From positions 96,001 through 160,000 of IMG/VR virus record IMGVR_UViG_3300001580_000006: a DNA stretch of 64,000 nucleotides, one strand, 5' to 3'. The notes beneath the pieces were generated by a model. That model saw only the letters and a program-made list of their open reading frames with translations. It did not search any database and was not told the DNA's origin. A program made the position numbers and the translations under genes. Source of the DNA: a virus (Duplodnaviria > Caudoviricetes). Of the stretch, positions 59,069 to 64,000 are shown piece after piece (the stretch's first letter is position 1; the number at the start of each line of letters is the position of its first letter).

Positions 59069-59408
59069 AGCCCACGCGCACGTCTGTACGCAGTGTGTTC
59101 AGATTCATCAAAGTCATCGCTGCAGCGAGCCTCTACGAACGCTGGATGATATATATCGTCATACATTAGAGTCCACGTTGCTCCAGGAGGTGCAATTGAG
59201 TCGAACAGCTTAGCCATTTTGTACTGATTATATGCGCTAGAGTGCCTTTGATCCAGATAACATAGATCATACAGTCTATATACTGCAGCTATTTTGTCAT
59301 TTGGTACGAAGACAACTCTGCGTAAGCGGGGTTCTCTAGGGGGCTCAGCTGGCGCCTCCAGTAGCGGAGGTGGTTCTTTCTTCAGTCCGAGTCCAAACAG
59401 CTTTCTCA

Positions 59409-59720
59409 TTACCAGTCCACCTTGTTGTTGTCGACACAGATCATGCCAAACAGCGCAGCAATAGCGATGTCCAGAAGTTCTTCTGATACAATCTGTCTGC
59501 CGTCTATCGTTTTATGGCAATTGCGTACTGCGTCACGAAGTTCGTCATGCTCTTCATCAATCGCCCCAAAGATTTCGTGCGTACTGACGAACGCTTTTCT
59601 ACCTTTTTCCTCTATCTTATCAGCAAGCATATCTTGGAGTTTGTCCAACCCAAGACGAAGCTCCGCATCCGTAACGTCAGGTCTGGCATGATAGTGCGTA
59701 TTATTAATGTTGAGTGCCAT
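59409..59720 (-). CDS. MazG-like helical protein
   Basis: S.HE..G.I.EE..E, EELLDIA. Confidence 0.55.
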   Translation of the reverse strand: MALNINNTHYHARPDVTDAELRLGLDKLQDMLADKIEEKGRKAFVSTHEIFGAIDEEHDELRDAVRNCHKTIDGRQIVSEELLDIAIAALFGMICVDNNKVDW

Positions 59721-60469
59721 TAGAACACCAGCGGCTGCGATGGGCCTCCAGTGCCCAGAGCTTGGCTCTGAGAGCTTACTGACTTGCTTACAAAGGTAGC
59801 AAGCTTGGCCAGCTTTTGCGGGGTAATTGAGCCGACGTCAACATACTGAGTCAGCTGAGCGTCATTGGAGAATTTGTCCAGCGAAGCAGCGACCCCGTTG
59901 TTGGCGGTGTTGACTCCTATTAGAATGGTGATGAGCGATTCGATGTCTTCGCCGACCTTCGATCTGTTTACCAGGTCAGCGATCATTCCTGGAGTAGTGC
60001 TGGATTCGTTGTCTTCCCCGTCCGTTATAATAAACACTATGCCATTGGCCATAAAATCCTGGTCGATCAGCTTCTTAGCATAAGTTAGAGTGGCCCCGAT
60101 ACCGGAGTAGGTGGCATCAAATAATGCCGTCATCCCGTTGCATACAGGCTCCACGTAGTCGGCCGGGTCTATTGTTGAAAGCAAACGGAACCCGTGGACC
60201 TCCTCCAACCCTTGATTAAAGGTCAGCAGGCGGAGCATCAGGTTCTCAGCTCGGGGTGACTTCTTACAGGCCTCTACGACGGTTTTAATGGCCTCTAGGA
60301 GCTGCGTATTGAACCCACCCACACTACCTGACCTATCGGTCGCGATGGTCACCAGGGTGTATTCTGTAGCTCCTAGGTCTTGGATCCTAACTCCAGAAAA
60401 CTGAAACGAGCCGCCGCCGTCGACGGTCATCTTCTCCAGATCTTTACCTAAGTCTTTGAGTTTCGGCAT
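59720..60469 (-). CDS. vWA (TerY-like) domain protein
   Basis: DRSGSV, G.TALFDA, ITDG.DN.S. Confidence 0.85.
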   Translation of the reverse strand: MPKLKDLGKDLEKMTVDGGGSFQFSGVRIQDLGATEYTLVTIATDRSGSVGGFNTQLLEAIKTVVEACKKSPRAENLMLRLLTFNQGLEEVHGFRLLSTIDPADYVEPVCNGMTALFDATYSGIGATLTYAKKLIDQDFMANGIVFIITDGEDNESSTTPGMIADLVNRSKVGEDIESLITILIGVNTANNGVAASLDKFSNDAQLTQYVDVGSITPQKLAKLATFVSKSVSSQSQALGTGGPSQPLVF

Positions 60470-60470
60470 G

Positions 60471-61265
60471 TTACACCAATACCTTATCTGATGTGGTGAT
60501 AGACATGCCGCGCTTGGTCATCTCGGCGACAAAGTCTGTACCCATCTTTTCGAAGCCAGTAACTGAAGAGGAACAATCTTCTAACAGTATGAACTTCTTG
60601 ATGTTATCCTCGCCAAAGTTGTTGGCGATATCACGGATGGTGTTGGCCACACAATGGCTTAGGGCCTCGCCGGCGATGAGAATCATGTCGGCTTCCTGTA
60701 AGGTCTTGATCAGCCTAGTGTTAAGCATGGTACTGGGGTCTGAAGGATCTGGAACGTCCGCCTGGACGGCCGAGTAGTGCTCGGTCCAGAAGTTGGATCC
60801 CTTGGTGACGTAGTCAATCATGCCGAAATAGTCCTCTTCCCACTTTACCAGCTCTTTGTAGAGGTCAGGGTGGATGTTGTGGCCCGGGGTGCCTATCAGG
60901 CAGTGGGGCGGCCAAATGCACAGCGGATAGCGACCGTTTTTGGCCAGTTCGGTAACGTAAGCTACTGCTCTGGGAAGGAACTGCGGGTTTGTGGTTGTCC
61001 AGATACCGCTCTTGACGTCCTTTTCGCTGATGATGGTAAACGGCCCTGGGTGCTCCCCTTTTGAATTAATCCAGAACAAGGGATGGGCAATGTCGACCAG
61101 GTGGTGAGTATCCATGGTTACATGGATATCGTCCAGCTTGTCACCGATCCGAGCGACCATCTTGGCCAAATTGGACATGTCTTTGTCGGCTCCACCGACG
61201 AATAACGCCCCTTTTGGGTCACAGAAGTCGTTCTGTGGATCGATAACGATTAAGTGAATCTTCAC
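60471..61265 (-). CDS. isochorismatase-family cysteine hydrolase (nicotinamidase-like)
   Basis: IDPQNDF, D.H, H, WPPHC..G..G, K, GEALSHCV. Confidence 0.85.
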   Translation of the reverse strand: MKIHLIVIDPQNDFCDPKGALFVGGADKDMSNLAKMVARIGDKLDDIHVTMDTHHLVDIAHPLFWINSKGEHPGPFTIISEKDVKSGIWTTTNPQFLPRAVAYVTELAKNGRYPLCIWPPHCLIGTPGHNIHPDLYKELVKWEEDYFGMIDYVTKGSNFWTEHYSAVQADVPDPSDPSTMLNTRLIKTLQEADMILIAGEALSHCVANTIRDIANNFGEDNIKKFILLEDCSSSVTGFEKMGTDFVAEMTKRGMSITTSDKVLV

Positions 61266-61277
61266 GTTATCCTCCTG

Positions 61278-61808
61278 TTAATTGTTGGTTTCTTTTATTA
61301 TAGTTATTGTACCATCCTTGGCAAGGTTGGTTATGTGATTTATTGGAGCATTGGAAAGACCCCAACCTACCTCAACATACAATATGTAAGTTGGCGGAAG
61401 GCCTTTAACAGTGTTCAAGAACTCTTTTCTGCTTGCTAATCTTTCGACAAGGTTTTTTATAGCAGTTTGATATCTACTTCGAATAACAGAGTGGATGTCT
61501 GAATGTGGTTCCATAACAGCCATAGGTGTGCTGGCACTAACTTCTCGTCCAATAGTTAGTGCAAACAATTCGTCTGTGTGCAGTTTGCGAAGAGCTCCTG
61601 TCGCCTCCCTCTGCAATCTAGCTACATGAGCGATGGTGTTTTCTATTATGCCTATTTCTCTTGACAGACCGTCTACTACTGCGTTAGTGTCTGCTGCCCG
61701 CACAGTTTGTACTCCAAACAGACCGAGAGTATCTAGTATAACTTTGGGGCCGGTTATAATAAAGCTTGTAGAGCTGCTGTTGGATACGAAGCTGTCTCTA
61801 ATCTTCAT
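61278..61808 (-). CDS. FVSNSSS-leader family protein
   Basis: MKIRDSFVSNSSSTSF. Confidence 0.7.
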   Translation of the reverse strand: MKIRDSFVSNSSSTSFIITGPKVILDTLGLFGVQTVRAADTNAVVDGLSREIGIIENTIAHVARLQREATGALRKLHTDELFALTIGREVSASTPMAVMEPHSDIHSVIRSRYQTAIKNLVERLASRKEFLNTVKGLPPTYILYVEVGWGLSNAPINHITNLAKDGTITIIKETNN

Positions 61809-62236
61809 TAATATCCGCCTTCTTTTCCTATTATGAGGTTAGCTGTCTCTGTATTGAAGTCCATCATAGTCATTGCTTTACAAAGATTGGCTGCTCTGCC
61901 ATCCTCTTGATCCCCAACGAAGCCGATAAACATGGCGGCTTTGCTATAAGCACGCGCGTATTCGTAGGCTATCTTGTGTGATCTCTCTGGTTCCCAAACC
62001 TCACCATGGTAGCCATGCTTAGCGACGTAGTCGTCCAACGCAATTTCTTCGAGCCGTTGCTTCTGCAGTAGGATACGGGCCAGCATCAACTCCTTACCAG
62101 ATAAGCCTGAGCTGGAAGGAATGCACTTAGCAATGGCCTCTGATAGCTGTATGTCAGTAGGGCGCAATCCAGTCTTCGATACTATTACGTAGGAAGAGGA
62201 GGAGCTGTTTGAAACGAAAGCTGTGCGTATTTTCAT
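61808..62236 (-). CDS. FVSNSSS-leader family protein
   Basis: MKIRTAFVSNSSSSSY. Confidence 0.7.
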   Translation of the reverse strand: MKIRTAFVSNSSSSSYVIVSKTGLRPTDIQLSEAIAKCIPSSSGLSGKELMLARILLQKQRLEEIALDDYVAKHGYHGEVWEPERSHKIAYEYARAYSKAAMFIGFVGDQEDGRAANLCKAMTMMDFNTETANLIIGKEGGY

Positions 62237-62457
62237 CCGTTATGTCCTGTCTTAGTTAAGAAGTCGTCTAGATTGTAGCCAGCAGCGTGTACTGCCAAGT
62301 ACGTAGCGTTATCTGACTCGTCCACTACTATCCCAGTATCGTCATTAATGTACACGTCTGGTGTGCTATGAAGTACGCCTATACCGGGATGTGACGGATC
62401 TGTAATAACATAACTACTCGAACTGGAGTTGGATACGAAACTTGTTCTTATTTTCAT
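62233..62457 (-). CDS. FVSNSSS-leader family protein
   Basis: MKIRTSFVSNSSSSSY. Confidence 0.7.
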   Translation of the reverse strand: MKIRTSFVSNSSSSSYVITDPSHPGIGVLHSTPDVYINDDTGIVVDESDNATYLAVHAAGYNLDDFLTKTGHNG

Positions 62458-62864
62458 GAGTACCTCGTTCCTGTAAATATTCTCAGTTTGCTGGGGGTTT
62501 GAAAGTCCTCGCCTTTAGCATATACGTTGAATTTTTCTATCAACATCCATGCGTCCTTTCGAAGCTTTTCTATGTCATATCGTTTGTTTTCAAGCTTGTC
62601 GCCCCAAGCTAGAGGTATACCTAGTATTATTTTGCCTTTGCTGGCTTCACCGTCTTCTCCTACTAGAATGACACAGTCATCTTCTGTGTTATTACCAAAG
62701 CTGTCTAATGCATCTCTTATAGAATCCTCATCGTTTTGATCAAATTCGTTCATACTCATCTTGGCAAGAATAATTCTGTTATGTTTAGTGTCTGCTAACT
62801 CAACACCAGCAATAACAAATGAGCTTGAACTAGAATTTGACACGAATTTGTAACGGTGTTTCAT
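62454..62864 (-). CDS. FVSNSSS-leader family protein
   Basis: MKHRYKFVSNSSSSSF. Confidence 0.7.
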   Translation of the reverse strand: MKHRYKFVSNSSSSSFVIAGVELADTKHNRIILAKMSMNEFDQNDEDSIRDALDSFGNNTEDDCVILVGEDGEASKGKIILGIPLAWGDKLENKRYDIEKLRKDAWMLIEKFNVYAKGEDFQTPSKLRIFTGTRYS

Positions 62865-63016
62865 AAATCTCCTTGGTACTGTTCATAGTCCGCAAACCAT
62901 TCTATGGAACAGCATTTGCAAGTACCTTTCCATGTGTATTGGTATTGTTCGCCAACTAACTCCATGGAGACCTCTGCCCCACAGACACACGTTAATTTTG
63001 GTACAACGCCTGGCAT
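62861..63016 (-). CDS. small Cys-rich protein (51 aa, not in the ORF track)
   Basis: MPGVVPKLTCVCG...GTCKCC; its stop overlaps the next ATG. Confidence 0.45.
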   Translation of the reverse strand: MPGVVPKLTCVCGAEVSMELVGEQYQYTWKGTCKCCSIEWFADYEQYQGDL

Positions 63017-63113
63017 TTCAAAATCCTATTTTACAGAAATTTCAAATTGTAACTCGAAAATCAAAACTTCGCCGGGAAAATTTCCAGATTTTCGGTTTTT
63101 CCTAATAGCATTT

Positions 63114-63938
63114 TTAGTGCTGACTGATTCTGCGATGAACTACGTATCTAAACGTGCCACCGTGCTCTAGGCAGGAACCTACTGTGCCGTCTTCGTCAGC
63201 ATACCTTAGGGTAAACCAGTGTTTGTTTGGGTGTGCGAGCTGGATGGCCTGCCAATCCTCTTTGGCTCTCTTCTTACTGTAATTAGCAGAATCCTTACTG
63301 TATTTGTTCTGAGCAGCACCAAAAGCCGCCCTGTCCAGATATTTCTGCCAACCGGGTAGTGGGCCAAACTGCTTTACTGCGGCTTCTGATAAGCTTGAGC
63401 TACTTACGGCGTCTATGAGGTGTTTCGATAGTCTTATTAGTGCCTCTGGGTCAAAGGAGTTCTCTTTTGGTGTAAATCTATTGTAGACACTTACTAAGTG
63501 CTTGTCACCATACTTTGCTTCGGTGTCGAGTCCTCCTACCTTATCAGCAAGCCATAAGTATAAAGCTGATGCTGCACGAACCGCATCGATGTCATATTGC
63601 TCCATATCAGAGTACTTTTCGTGGCTTGGCCATTCTCCAAACAGACGTACGACGTCATCATGGTATTCCCAGCCACTAGACAGCAGCTCCAGTATCTGCT
63701 CAGTAGTAGCCTCGCCCTTAGATAAGTCAGATAACACTATTTCAAGAATGGTGCCATTGGTTGGTATTCTGGAGACATCGTCGTAGTAGTCTGGAGCCGC
63801 TATGTATGGCCCATCAAAATCTACTAGTTGCCTAAATAGAATCTTTGATAGTTCTTCTTTGGTAGTTGGAATAGAATCTAGTCCTACCAAAAACCCTGAA
63901 GAGGACGAATTTGCTACATGTCTAAGTCTATGCTTCAT
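63114..63938 (-). CDS. FVSNSSS-leader family protein (variant HVANSSS)
   Basis: MKHRLRHVANSSSSGF. Confidence 0.65.
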   Translation of the reverse strand: MKHRLRHVANSSSSGFLVGLDSIPTTKEELSKILFRQLVDFDGPYIAAPDYYDDVSRIPTNGTILEIVLSDLSKGEATTEQILELLSSGWEYHDDVVRLFGEWPSHEKYSDMEQYDIDAVRAASALYLWLADKVGGLDTEAKYGDKHLVSVYNRFTPKENSFDPEALIRLSKHLIDAVSSSSLSEAAVKQFGPLPGWQKYLDRAAFGAAQNKYSKDSANYSKKRAKEDWQAIQLAHPNKHWFTLRYADEDGTVGSCLEHGGTFRYVVHRRISQH

Positions 63939-64000
63939 TTATACCCCATAGTTATAAACCCACCGTCTACCTTACTACCGTTTGCAACAATATGCAGTAC

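Noticed and set aside
1-64000. CRISPR array or DNA-level tandem repeats
   Set aside because: No regularly spaced direct repeats were seen. The FVSNSSS copies differ at synonymous positions, and the Cas4-like genes have no cas neighbours.
1-64000. Stop-codon reassignment
   Set aside because: Conserved genes are full length under the standard code and end in TAA, TAG and TGA.

Overview
This window is the replication, nucleotide-metabolism and accessory arm of a large double-stranded DNA bacteriophage. Genes are densely packed, almost all on the minus strand, use the standard genetic code and have sigma70-type promoters. No virion structural genes are visible, and the class III ribonucleotide reductase suggests an anaerobic host. 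Recognisable genes include RuvC, a DnaB-like helicase, GroES, endonuclease VII, NrdD, ThyX, a family A DNA polymerase, an intein-containing SNF2 helicase, SbcCD, UDG, primase, a ClpB-like ATPase, a Rad52/Sak-like annealase, RecA, DNA ligase, Ro60/TROVE, a pol-beta nucleotidyltransferase, RNA ligase, NadD, a nicotinamidase-like hydrolase, two vWA proteins and two normal tRNAs. Four things stand out. (1) A Ro60/Y-RNA module: a 70-nt mini Y-like RNA and a ~500-nt RNA lie upstream of the Ro60 gene. About 10 kb away are two complete CCA-ended tRNAs, each carrying the same Y-type helix inserted at the same position of the anticodon stem, i.e. circularly permuted relative to YrlA. (2) A compact ubiquitin-like operon (E2, JAB, E1, Ubl) plus three further Ubl-domain genes. 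(3) An intein whose interior is dual-coding, with a DUF559/Vsr-like endonuclease in another frame that has its own promoter and RBS. (4) Eleven otherwise diverse proteins sharing the N-terminal motif MKxRxxFVSNSSS(S/T/A)S(F/Y). All family calls come from motif recognition by eye; no database search was run.
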